From contig NZ_FUWK01000019.1 of the NCBI RefSeq assembly GCF_900167395.1, positions 1-32,000 on the forward strand: 32,000 nt of DNA, written 5' to 3'. The position numbers and the translations under genes were made by a program. Shown piece by piece: positions 23,547 through 32,000 of this stretch (positions within the stretch are counted from its first letter, which is position 1; the number at the start of each line of letters is the position of its first letter). The notes under the pieces were generated by a model, which was given only the letters and a program-made list of their open reading frames with translations, was not told where the DNA came from and did not search any database. The DNA is from Nitrosomonas europaea (GTDB lineage Bacteria > Pseudomonadota > Gammaproteobacteria > Burkholderiales > Nitrosomonadaceae).

Positions 23547-26178
23547 ACCTGACAATCTCAGGTGAATATTGCCTGGTTCTTGCATCGGCTGGCGCTGGTT
23601 GTGGGTTGAAGTTGCCACGATATCCTGCAGCCACCCTGTAATAAAGTGTCCGCAATAAAACGCCATCGTGTCGATAGATGGAGCGAGAATGTATCTTTCC
23701 CAGATTGATTAACCCGTTCTCAAAATTTCCCGTTGCATTACTGGATTCCAATGCCTGCTGTTTCATCCCGATCAGTAGTATCGGTTGATCAGAAGGAGGT
23801 TCGACACGATTCCAGAAGCTGTACATGGCGGCGTGTTGACCAAACAGGTTGCGTGACCGGATATCCAGGGCAGGCGTGTCCTTATAAAATGCAAGTGCAC
23901 TGGCGGTCGACCACTTACTCATTCCGATCACGATTGGCATTTCTCCCGTTGTTTGCCTGATTTCATCAGCAATTTTCTCGACTTCTGCTGTAGCTTCTTT
24001 CCAGAAATAATGCTCGCTCAGGAACTGGTAAGGTAATCCTGGTATTCCCAGTGTGACGTAATGCAGGATGAAGGCATAAGTCAGTAATGACAGGACGATC
24101 ATCGGTTGCCAGGCAGCACGAAGTCGCGCAGAGAGGCCCATGGGCACATCATTCTGGCCGATCATCCAGGCCATGGTAGGTATCAGTGCCAGCCAGAGGG
24201 GGCTGGTCCAGTGAAAACGCAGAGGATCGAAAGTGCTGATTGCCAGAAAAACCAGTAAGGGAACCCCGGTGAATATGCCGATGAAGAGATATTTTCGGGG
24301 AGCCTGACAGTAACTCAGGGAAATGGATCGTAACGCAAATACAGCAGCAATCAGTCCAACCGGGGTAAGTACGGTTGCAATCTGGAGTATCAATAGATGT
24401 GTGGCAAACGTATGTTGTGTATTCCCGACTCTGCCAGTCTGGAACAGGAAGGAAGCCCAGTCATTTTCCATGTTCCAGATAATTACCGGACTGAACAGGA
24501 TCAGTGCAATCAATATAGCGAGATAAGGGTGAGGACGGAGCAACCAACGGCGCGCAACAGGATCCAGGACAGCATAAATCAATGCGGCGATGCCAAGCAG
24601 ACCAAGCGTATATTTGGATAAAATCCCCAGCCCGAAAGCAATGCCGACTCCAAGCCATGCCTGGCTCTGATTGGCAAGCAAGGCGCGTTCCATGTAATAG
24701 AGTGTGGCAGCCCAGGCTGCAATCAGTGGAGCATCCGGTGTCATTGCCAGCCCTGTTGCAAAACCGAATGGTACGATGGCAAACAGCAGTACCGAACGCA
24801 TGGCAGTGGGTTTGTCGTAAAGGTTACGCGCAAGCGCGAATACATAAGCCATTGCAATCAATCCACACAGGAAAGCACCGATTCTGACTCCGAACTCATT
24901 ATGGCCAGCCAGCGTGGTTCCCAGCCAGATCAACCAGGCAACCATCGGGGGGTGATCGAAAAAGCTCAGATCTATGTGTTGTGCATACTGCCAGTAATAG
25001 GCTTCATCAGGTATCAGTTGCGCTACATCCATGTAGGCCAGGCGTAACAGGATGACAAAACAGACGATCCCCACAGAGGCAACGCGCCACCGTGTGTCAG
25101 TGGAAACGGGGGGCTCTGTCCGAGGGAATACATAAAAAGCAGAGCCGAGGTAGTTCACCATTGCTGTTGTCAGGATGGCAGGGAAAATTGCCCATTCAGC
25201 AGATATACCCCAGGTATAGACCAGCCAGGCCAGGATAGCGCCTCTCAGAAGCAGTGCAAATACACCAACTGTCAGGAAACGGATGAATTGCTGCCAATGC
25301 AGATGACCCGCGTGATGCAGCCGGAACGACCATTTTGAATTTATGGTGTAGTTGAAGCTGGCGGCAGCAATGAAACTGGAAATATGTGCCGAAGCCAGGC
25401 TGGCTCCGTGCCCGGTCATCCACTGAAAAATCAGGACGTCGACGAAGACTCCCAGAAATCCGACAATGGCAAAGCGGCTGGCTGTGTGGAATGAGACGGT
25501 TCCTCCCGCCAGGGTGATGAGTTGCAGTAAATAAACAAGATGGTGGGTGAGGGAAAGTTTGGAATTGCCATGCAGCCGATCGCGGAAACTGATGGGTATT
25601 TCCTTTACACGCAACCGGCCTTGTCCGGTCATCAGCAATTCCAGCAGGATCTTGTAGCCGCGAGCATTTTTTGTGATGTTTCCGATCAATTCCCGCCGGA
25701 AAGCAAAAAAACCGGAAGTTGCATCATTTACATCGCAAATGATGCGTGCGAGCCAGCCACCGGCTCGTGACAGCCAGAGCCGGTAAAAGGGCCAGCCAAC
25801 AGTATTGCCGCCAGCGATATACCGACTGCCGATGGTGATGTCATGGGTACCATCCAGTATCGGCTGGATCAGTGCGGCCAGTTTGTCCGGCGGGTGGCTC
25901 AGATCAGCATCCATGACGGCAATGACTTCATACCTGGCGACCGCTGTTCCATCGAGAATGGAAGCGGTCAGATCAGGTTGTGCGCGCCTCTCGATCAGAC
26001 GCACGTTATGCGTGTTTTGCCATTGTCTGACTTTGTCAGGCGTGCCGTCAGTAGAACCATCGTCCACGATAATGACTTCGAACTGGCTTCCCAGAGTATC
26101 AAGAGAAAAAATGCCTGATAACAGCGGATCGATATTTTCAGCTTCGTTCAGGGTGGGAATAATGAGTGAAAATGACAT
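23500..26178 (-). CDS. Tri-domain fusion of a GT2 polyprenyl-phosphate glycosyltransferase, a GtrA-like 4-TM module and an ArnT/PMT-type GT-C glycosyltransferase
   Basis: Residues 1-215 (26178..25534) read IIPTLNEAENI, VIIVDDGSTDGT, VMDADLSHPP, DATSGFFAFRR and RLHGNSKLS, which is DPM1/ArnC-like. Residues ~233-352 (25482..25123) form four hydrophobic helices with FNYTINSKWSF, which is GtrA-like. Residues ~363-892 (25092..23503) read LIPDEAYYWQYAQHIDLSFFDHPPMVAWL (Asp-Glu codons 25008..25003) followed by many TM helices and a soluble tail, which is ArnT/PMT_2-like. Confidence 0.85.
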   Translation of the reverse strand: MSFSLIIPTLNEAENIDPLLSGIFSLDTLGSQFEVIIVDDGSTDGTPDKVRQWQNTHNVRLIERRAQPDLTASILDGTAVARYEVIAVMDADLSHPPDKLAALIQPILDGTHDITIGSRYIAGGNTVGWPFYRLWLSRAGGWLARIICDVNDATSGFFAFRRELIGNITKNARGYKILLELLMTGQGRLRVKEIPISFRDRLHGNSKLSLTHHLVYLLQLITLAGGTVSFHTASRFAIVGFLGVFVDVLIFQWMTGHGASLASAHISSFIAAASFNYTINSKWSFRLHHAGHLHWQQFIRFLTVGVFALLLRGAILAWLVYTWGISAEWAIFPAILTTAMVNYLGSAFYVFPRTEPPVSTDTRWRVASVGIVCFVILLRLAYMDVAQLIPDEAYYWQYAQHIDLSFFDHPPMVAWLIWLGTTLAGHNEFGVRIGAFLCGLIAMAYVFALARNLYDKPTAMRSVLLFAIVPFGFATGLAMTPDAPLIAAWAATLYYMERALLANQSQAWLGVGIAFGLGILSKYTLGLLGIAALIYAVLDPVARRWLLRPHPYLAILIALILFSPVIIWNMENDWASFLFQTGRVGNTQHTFATHLLILQIATVLTPVGLIAAVFALRSISLSYCQAPRKYLFIGIFTGVPLLVFLAISTFDPLRFHWTSPLWLALIPTMAWMIGQNDVPMGLSARLRAAWQPMIVLSLLTYAFILHYVTLGIPGLPYQFLSEHYFWKEATAEVEKIADEIRQTTGEMPIVIGMSKWSTASALAFYKDTPALDIRSRNLFGQHAAMYSFWNRVEPPSDQPILLIGMKQQALESSNATGNFENGLINLGKIHSRSIYRHDGVLLRTLYYRVAAGYRGNFNPQPAPADARTRQYSPEIVRFNGYDQRTTLSAISY

Positions 26179-26268
26179 GTTAAGCTCAGGTTGCTCCCCG
26201 AAGCCCTGGTGATCAGGAATTGGGGCGTTTTCTCCAGGATGAACAGTGTATTGGCAGGAGGTTCGCTG

Positions 26269-27300
26269 TTAATGGACAGAATGCTTTATGGATGATTTCT
26301 GATATTTCAGGACGGCACGATTATGCTCTTCAAGTGTGGATGAGAAGTGGGAAGTTCCGTCACCTCTGGCAACAAAATAAAGTTCATCAGTAATTGCAGG
26401 ATTAAAGGCTGCCCGGATGGAAGCCAGGCCTGGCATGGCAATGGGAGTGGGCGGCAGGCCGAAGCGAGTATAAGTATTATATTCATGGTCGGTTTGAAGA
26501 TCGATCTTGCGCAGGTTTCCATCAAATTTGTTACCCATCCCGTAGATTACAGTCGGGTCAGTCTGGAGTTTCATATTGTGACGCAGACGGTTGATGAATA
26601 CACCGGCAATCTGGGTGCGCTCATTATCTGCTCCGGTTTCTTTTTCTATGATCGAAGCCAGAATCAGGCCATCATACTGATCTTTTAACGGGAGAAATTC
26701 CTGTCGTGCAAGCCACACTGTTTCGAGGTGCTGCTGCATGGCCTGGTAGGCACGTTTCAGAATGGTCAGATCACTGCTGTTTCGGGTAAAGAAGTAAGTA
26801 TCCGGGAAGAAAAGACCTTCAGCATGAGATTCTTTTGCTCCGATTGCGCGCAGTAATTCTGAGTCGTTGAGTTTGTCGGAGTCATGCCGGAGAGCAGGAT
26901 GTTCGTCCAGAGCTTTTCTGAATTGAGAAAAGGTCCATCCTTCAAGAAAGGTGATCGCATATTGCCTGACCTTTCCCCGGGTGAGATATTTCAGCAGGTC
27001 TAACGGTGACAGCTTCTCGGTAAGCTGATAATCCCCAGCCTTGAGTGATGCGTTGTATCCGGTGATATGGGCAAGCAATATGAAAGACCATTCATTGGAA
27101 AGGATACCTGCTTCGGCCAATTGTCCGGCAATACGGTGTAACCCACTTCCGGGCTCAATTGAAAATTCACTGGGTACTGCAGGGAGATTCAACGGAGTTG
27201 TAGCCAGTCGATAGAACCATACTGAAAACAGCGTACTGCCAACCAGAATGACAATAAGAACGAAACTGGTGAGTTTCAGAAAACGTGTTGATTTAGGCAT
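26269..27300 (-). CDS. mltG: Endolytic murein transglycosylase MltG (YceG)
   Basis: An N-terminal TM anchor and the YceG blocks LASIIEKETG, AGVFINRLRHNMKLQTDPTVIYG, YNTY and GLPPTPIAMPG. Confidence 0.9.
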   Translation of the reverse strand: MPKSTRFLKLTSFVLIVILVGSTLFSVWFYRLATTPLNLPAVPSEFSIEPGSGLHRIAGQLAEAGILSNEWSFILLAHITGYNASLKAGDYQLTEKLSPLDLLKYLTRGKVRQYAITFLEGWTFSQFRKALDEHPALRHDSDKLNDSELLRAIGAKESHAEGLFFPDTYFFTRNSSDLTILKRAYQAMQQHLETVWLARQEFLPLKDQYDGLILASIIEKETGADNERTQIAGVFINRLRHNMKLQTDPTVIYGMGNKFDGNLRKIDLQTDHEYNTYTRFGLPPTPIAMPGLASIRAAFNPAITDELYFVARGDGTSHFSSTLEEHNRAVLKYQKSSIKHSVH

Positions 27301-27427
27301 GTCAGCACACTCGGATGTTCGCTCAACTGGTTATGCCTTTACACCCCGGAGAAAGCATAACCAGTCATCCCAATCTGGAATTCGATTATTTCCAAATAAC
27401 ATATTCCGAAAATTCCGGAAATGATAT

Positions 27428-28669
27428 TCAGATTTTTCTGAAGACTAGTGTGCCATTAGTTCCGCCAAACCCGAACGAGTTCGACAGAGCTGCATCAATT
27501 TTCATTTCTCTGGCATTGTTGGGCACATAATCCAGATCGCATGCAGGATCCGGGTCATCGAGATTGATAGTGGGAGGGGCAATCTGGTGATAAACAGCCA
27601 AAGCAGAAAAAATTGCCTCTACACCTCCTGCAGCACCCAATAAATGCCCGGTCATCGATTTGGTGGAGCTGACTGCCAGATCTTTTGCATGTTCACCAAA
27701 GCAGCGCTTGACTGCAATCGTTTCTGCAATATCTCCCAATGGAGTCGATGTTCCGTGTGCATTGATGTAATGAAGCTCATCAGCGTGCATTTGCGCATCA
27801 GACAATGCATTTGTCATGCAACGGGCTGCGCCTTCTCCATCTTCACAGGGTGCAGTCATGTGATGAGCATCTGCACTCATACCGAATCCGGCCAGTTCCG
27901 CATAAATCTTTGCACCACGTTTTCTGGCATGCTCCATCTCTTCCAGAACGAGAATACCTGCTCCTTCTCCCAGAACGAATCCATCTCTTTTGAGATCCCA
28001 TGGTCGACTTGCTGCCGCCGGGTCATCATTGTTCGATGACAAGGCACGTGCTGAAGCAAATCCACCGACAGCAAGTGGTGTAACACATGATTCCGTACCC
28101 CCGCAGACCATGATATCAGCATCGCCATATTCGATCATTCTGGCAGAACTGCCTATACAGTGCGTGGCAGTTGTACAGGCAGTAACGATGGCAAGATTGG
28201 GCCCTTTGTACCCGAACATGATAGACAGATTACCGGCTACCATGTTGATGATGGTACTAGGGATGAAGAAGGGGGAGATTTTCCGGGGGCCGCCAGCATG
28301 ATAGGCAGCATCGGTATTTTCAATCATGGGCAGGCCGCCGATCCCGGAGCCGATGTTCACACCAATACGATCTGCGTTGAACCCGCTTACATCACTGATG
28401 CCGGCATCTCTGATAGCTTGGATGGCAGCCGCCATTCCGTACTGGATAAATATATCCATACGGCGCGCTTCTTTGGCGGAGAGGTACTCTGTTATGTCGA
28501 ATCCGTTGACTTCTCCTGCAATTTTCGAGGAAAAGTCTGATGCATCGAAGCGCGTGATTCGTGTAATACCGGATTTTCCGGCAATGACGTTTTCCCATGC
28601 TTCAGAAACCGTATTGCCGACGGGTGAAATTATGCCTAACCCGGTAATGGCTACTTTACGTTTGGACAA
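27428..28669 (-). CDS. fabF: 3-oxoacyl-ACP synthase II
   Basis: [19 protein letters not shown] at the N-terminus, active-site Cys in [18 protein letters not shown], and GHLLGAAG. Confidence 0.95.
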   Translation of the reverse strand: MSKRKVAITGLGIISPVGNTVSEAWENVIAGKSGITRITRFDASDFSSKIAGEVNGFDITEYLSAKEARRMDIFIQYGMAAAIQAIRDAGISDVSGFNADRIGVNIGSGIGGLPMIENTDAAYHAGGPRKISPFFIPSTIINMVAGNLSIMFGYKGPNLAIVTACTTATHCIGSSARMIEYGDADIMVCGGTESCVTPLAVGGFASARALSSNNDDPAAASRPWDLKRDGFVLGEGAGILVLEEMEHARKRGAKIYAELAGFGMSADAHHMTAPCEDGEGAARCMTNALSDAQMHADELHYINAHGTSTPLGDIAETIAVKRCFGEHAKDLAVSSTKSMTGHLLGAAGGVEAIFSALAVYHQIAPPTINLDDPDPACDLDYVPNNAREMKIDAALSNSFGFGGTNGTLVFRKI

Positions 28670-28702
28670 AACGACTCCAATGAATCATTGAAAAAACTGT
28701 TT

Positions 28703-28948
28703 TTACTGAGCTGCGTTGGCTGCTACGAAATCGATCGCTTCCTGAACCGTATTGATTTTTTCAGCTTGCTCATCAGGAATTTCGCATTCGAACTCTTCTT
28801 CGAGCGCCATGACCAGCTCAACAGTATCCAGTGAATCTGCACCCAGATCGCTGACAAAGGAAGATTCATTTTTGACATCTGATTCGTTGACGCCCAATTG
28901 CTCGGCTACGATTTTTTTGATGCGCTGCTCTATTTCAGTAATTTCCAT
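28703..28948 (-). CDS. acpP: Housekeeping acyl carrier protein
   Basis: [20 protein letters not shown]...[31 protein letters not shown] is a near-canonical AcpP. ATG 28948 is preferred over the ORF-track 28960. Confidence 0.93.
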   Translation of the reverse strand: MEITEIEQRIKKIVAEQLGVNESDVKNESSFVSDLGADSLDTVELVMALEEEFECEIPDEQAEKINTVQEAIDFVAANAAQ

Positions 28949-29115
28949 TGATACACCCATCCTTTTCAGGTAAAGAAACTCTCACAAGTTTAACAAATTT
29001 CAAACTACCGGCAATACCTGCCCAGTTCTGCAAGTAAAGCACTTTGTGTTGCTGCAAAAAATATTGAACCTTTCCCGGTTTTGAGAGGGCCTGGATAAAA
29101 ATGTCCATAACCCGC

Positions 29116-29859
29116 TCACTCCATATACATTCCGCCATTGACGTGAAGTGTGGCTCCAGTGATATAGTCTGCTGCCGGAGAAGCCAGAAAAACGACAGCC
29201 GCAGCGACATCTTCAGGGCGCCCGAATCTTCCGAGAGGGATATGCTGAATCAGTGATTGTTGTTGATCTGGCGAAAGAGAACGGGTCATATCGGTATCGA
29301 TAAAGCCTGGAGCTACACAGTTCACAGTGATGTTTCTGCTGCCAATTTCTTTTGCGAGTGACTTGCTGAAACCGATCATCCCAGCCTTGGCCGCTGCATA
29401 GTTGGTTTGTCCAGGATTTCCGGTTGCGCCCACTACTGATGAGATATTGATGATCCGACCGCTGCGTGCTTTCATCATGGTGCGCAGTACGGCACGACTG
29501 AGACAGAACACGGATTTCAAATCGGTCTGGATAACGTTATCCCATTCATCGTCCTTCATGCGGGCCAGCAGGTTGTCTCGTGTGATACCGGCGTTGTTGA
29601 TCAGTATTGCAACATCTCCCAGTGATTGTTGTATGGTCTCAATACCACTCTTGATATGCTCGATGTTGCTGACATCCATGATCAGCCCCATCCCCGAAAT
29701 GCGAGCTTCGCTGAGATACTGACTGATATGGCCGGCTCCAGTTTCGGAAGTGGCGGTTCCGATGACGGTAGCGCCATGCTTTCCCAGCTCAAGTGCGATA
29801 GCTTTGCCGATTCCACGGCTTGCGCCCGTTACCAGTGCGATTTTATGTTCCAGTAGCAT
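29116..29859 (-). CDS. fabG: 3-oxoacyl-ACP reductase
   Basis: Motifs VTGASRGIGKAIA, NNAG and YAAAKAG; 247 aa. Confidence 0.95.
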   Translation of the reverse strand: MLLEHKIALVTGASRGIGKAIALELGKHGATVIGTATSETGAGHISQYLSEARISGMGLIMDVSNIEHIKSGIETIQQSLGDVAILINNAGITRDNLLARMKDDEWDNVIQTDLKSVFCLSRAVLRTMMKARSGRIINISSVVGATGNPGQTNYAAAKAGMIGFSKSLAKEIGSRNITVNCVAPGFIDTDMTRSLSPDQQQSLIQHIPLGRFGRPEDVAAAVVFLASPAADYITGATLHVNGGMYME

Positions 29860-29914
29860 CCGAGAATTTGTGAGTAATTGGAATGACTATTTCTGATGGT
29901 ATATTGCCGACGTA

Positions 29915-30853
29915 TTATTTCAACGTTTCTACCGTTTTGAGAAGTGAGCCGGAATCGGTCAGCGCGATATTTTCCAGATTCTTATCGATGCGCCGGTTCA
30001 GTCCGGACAGCACCTTACCCGGACCGCATTCCACGACATATTTTACATTCTGTGCCGCGATGGCCTGAATGGTCTCTGTCCAGCGAACCGGACGATAGAG
30101 CTGGCGCACAAGTATCTCACGAATGGAAGCGGTTTCAGAATGTTGCTGGACGTCAGCATTATGCAAAATAGGAATGCGGGGAGGTTGCAGCGCAATTTCT
30201 TCCAGTAGAAGAGCAAACTTTTCTGCTGCCGATTGCATGAGCGAGCAGTGTGAAGGAATACTCATTGGCAGTATGACCGCCAGCTTTGCTCCTTTTGATT
30301 TTGCGAGCACTACTGCTCGGGCAACTGCCTGGGAATGGCCGGCAATCACCACCTGGCCGGGCGCATTGAAATTTGCCGGTTCAAGCGATGTATCTGGCAT
30401 CGCATTTATTACTTCGGTGCATACTGAAGAGACGATATCATCATCTAGTCCGACAATAGCTGCCATGCCTCCGGTTCCTTCGGGAACGGTTTCCTGCATG
30501 ACTTTTGCACGATAACGAACCAGTTTCAGGGCATCAGTAAAAGTGAGTACTTCAGCTGCAACCAGCGCAGCGTATTCACCAAGACTGTGGCCGGCCAGAT
30601 AATGCGGCTCAATTCCCCCTGCCTGTTGCCACGCCCGGTAAATGGATACATCTGCAGCCAGCATGACAGGCTGGGTATTGGTAGTGAGATTCAGACTGTC
30701 TTCAGGTCCGTTACTGACCAGCGACCATAGATCCTGTTGCAGGATATCCGATGCCTCATTGAAAGTTCCACGTACCGATGGCAGCTCGGAATAGCTATTC
30801 ATCATACCAACTGACTGAGATCCCTGTCCGGGAAAAACGAAAGCGGCTTTCAT
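29915..30853 (-). CDS. fabD: Malonyl-CoA:ACP transacylase
   Basis: FVFPGQGSQSVGM and the GHSLGEY active-site serine block. Confidence 0.95.
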   Translation of the reverse strand: MKAAFVFPGQGSQSVGMMNSYSELPSVRGTFNEASDILQQDLWSLVSNGPEDSLNLTTNTQPVMLAADVSIYRAWQQAGGIEPHYLAGHSLGEYAALVAAEVLTFTDALKLVRYRAKVMQETVPEGTGGMAAIVGLDDDIVSSVCTEVINAMPDTSLEPANFNAPGQVVIAGHSQAVARAVVLAKSKGAKLAVILPMSIPSHCSLMQSAAEKFALLLEEIALQPPRIPILHNADVQQHSETASIREILVRQLYRPVRWTETIQAIAAQNVKYVVECGPGKVLSGLNRRIDKNLENIALTDSGSLLKTVETLK

Positions 30854-30856
30854 ATT

Positions 30857-31813
30857 TTACCAGCGTACCAGAACTGATCCCCAGGTGAATCCTCCTCCTA
30901 CACCTTCCAGCACGATATGCTGGTCCGGTTGGATACGACCGTCACGTACTGCCTGGTCGAGTGCCAGTGGAACGGAAGCAGCCGAGGTGTTGCCGTGTTG
31001 TGAAACCGTTGCTACCACTTTTTCTTCAGGGATACCCAGTTTCTTTGCTGTCGAGGTAATGATGCGAATATTGGCCTGATGTGGAATCAGCCAGTCGATA
31101 TCGGAAGGTTGCAGCTGATTCGCTTGCAGTGCTTCCAGTGCGGCTTCTTCCAGGACTTTGACCGCGAATTTGAAGACTGTACCGCCTTCCATGGTAATGA
31201 AAGGGGTCCCTTGTATTTTACCGGAATGGATCGACGCAGGTGCTGTGAGAACCTGGCTGTAACTCCCATCTGCATGCAGATGGGATGAAAGGATCCCCGG
31301 TTTCTGATCACGAGTGAGAATCACTGCTCCTGCACCGTCACCAAACAGGACACAGGTACTGCGGTCGTTCCAGTCCATGATACGAGAGTAGACTTCAGCA
31401 CCAACAACCAGCGCATTACGCGCTTTCCCGGAGCTGACAAACATGTCTGCCGTGGCCAGTGCATAAATGAATCCGCTGCAGACAGCCTGCACATCAAAGG
31501 CCGGCCCGTTGGACATACCAAGCTTGTTCTGCAGAATACAGGCTGTGCTTGGAAAGATCATGTCCGGTGTCGTCGTTGCGACGATGATCAGATCGATGTC
31601 CTTTGCCTGGATATCTGCAGCCTCAATGGCATTCCGGCTCGCTTCCAGCGCAAGATCACTTGCCATCTGGCCTTCTGCAGCAATATGCCGTCGTTCGATA
31701 CCGGTACGCGTCCGTATCCATTCATCGCTGGTATCAACCATCGATTCGAGGTCCTGATTGGTCAGAACTTTCTCCGGCAGGTAACTGCCGGTGCCAATGA
31801 TCCGTGAATACAT
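30857..31813 (-). CDS. fabH: 3-oxoacyl-ACP synthase III
   Basis: [23 protein letters not shown] at the N-terminus, AVCSGF (Cys), HQANIRI and GNTSAAS. In-frame alternatives are ATG 31819 and GTG 31825, and the GTG overlaps the plsX stop. Confidence 0.93.
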   Translation of the reverse strand: MYSRIIGTGSYLPEKVLTNQDLESMVDTSDEWIRTRTGIERRHIAAEGQMASDLALEASRNAIEAADIQAKDIDLIIVATTTPDMIFPSTACILQNKLGMSNGPAFDVQAVCSGFIYALATADMFVSSGKARNALVVGAEVYSRIMDWNDRSTCVLFGDGAGAVILTRDQKPGILSSHLHADGSYSQVLTAPASIHSGKIQGTPFITMEGGTVFKFAVKVLEEAALEALQANQLQPSDIDWLIPHQANIRIITSTAKKLGIPEEKVVATVSQHGNTSAASVPLALDQAVRDGRIQPDQHIVLEGVGGGFTWGSVLVRW

Positions 31814-31821
31814 GGTCATGT

Positions 31822-32000
31822 TCACTCTATCGATACCGGTTGTGCGATGTTTTGTTCAATATTGTTTCGCAATGTCTCAATATGCTCGACGATGTTCCGT
31901 AACGTGCCACCACGTACTTCTTCTACCGCACGCCTGATGGCACAGCGGAAGGCGTAGCTGTCGGCTGATCCGTGACTTTTGATGACAACACCCCGTAACC
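31822..32000 (-). CDS. plsX: Phosphate acyltransferase PlsX, C-terminal fragment (gene enters from the right edge)
   Basis: My translation of the minus strand is [58 protein letters not shown]. The [11 protein letters not shown] block and the position upstream of fabH are typical of PlsX. Confidence 0.8.
   Translation of the reverse strand, partial: LRGVVIKSHGSADSYAFRCAIRRAVEEVRGGTLRNIVEHIETLRNNIEQNIAQPVSIE

Overview
The window is a proteobacterial chromosome segment that looks about 50% GC by eye. Gene content and synteny suggest a beta-proteobacterium, possibly Nitrosomonas-like, but that assignment is my unverified inference. I support about 30 protein genes. I saw no rRNA, tRNA or CRISPR array. 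From left to right the window holds:
- The 5' end of an IS-type transposase gene at the left edge.
- The rpsP-rimM-trmD-rplS operon (-).
- An orphan glcF-like Fe-S oxidoreductase and coq7 (+).
- A tightly overlapping yqgE-ruvX-pyrR chain followed by pyrB and a dihydroorotase-like pyrC' (+).
- prlC, carA-carB and greA (+).
- A convergent LysM/YkuD L,D-transpeptidase (-).
- An accessory-looking block at about 17.3-26.2 kb.
- mltG and the classical plsX(partial)-fabH-fabD-fabG-acpP-fabF cluster (-).

The accessory block has two notable parts. The first is a four-gene module: fatty-acyl-AMP ligase, extended SDR reductase, dedicated ACP and a serine-palmitoyltransferase-like alpha-oxoamine synthase. 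It is followed by pgeF/yfiH and a ZIP metal transporter. The second is an 892-aa single polypeptide on the minus strand that fuses a GT2 polyprenyl-phosphate glycosyltransferase, a GtrA-like 4-TM module and an ArnT/PMT-like GT-C transferase.

The best candidates for something new are these two:
- The FAAL-SDR-ACP-SPT module looks like a sphingoid-base or ceramide-type lipid pathway, but no ceramide synthase is in the window.
- The triple-fusion protein would be an all-in-one periplasmic glycosylation machine.

Smaller points:
- pyrC' has visibly lost the His-x-His metal motif.
- A 31-codon hydrophobic ORF plus a hairpin lies in the pyrR-pyrB gap.
- An 18-bp perfect palindrome lies in the greA leader.
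- The transposase 5' UTR contains a hairpin that could occlude its ribosome-binding site.

All functional calls come from reading the translated ORFs and recognising motifs. No searches were run.
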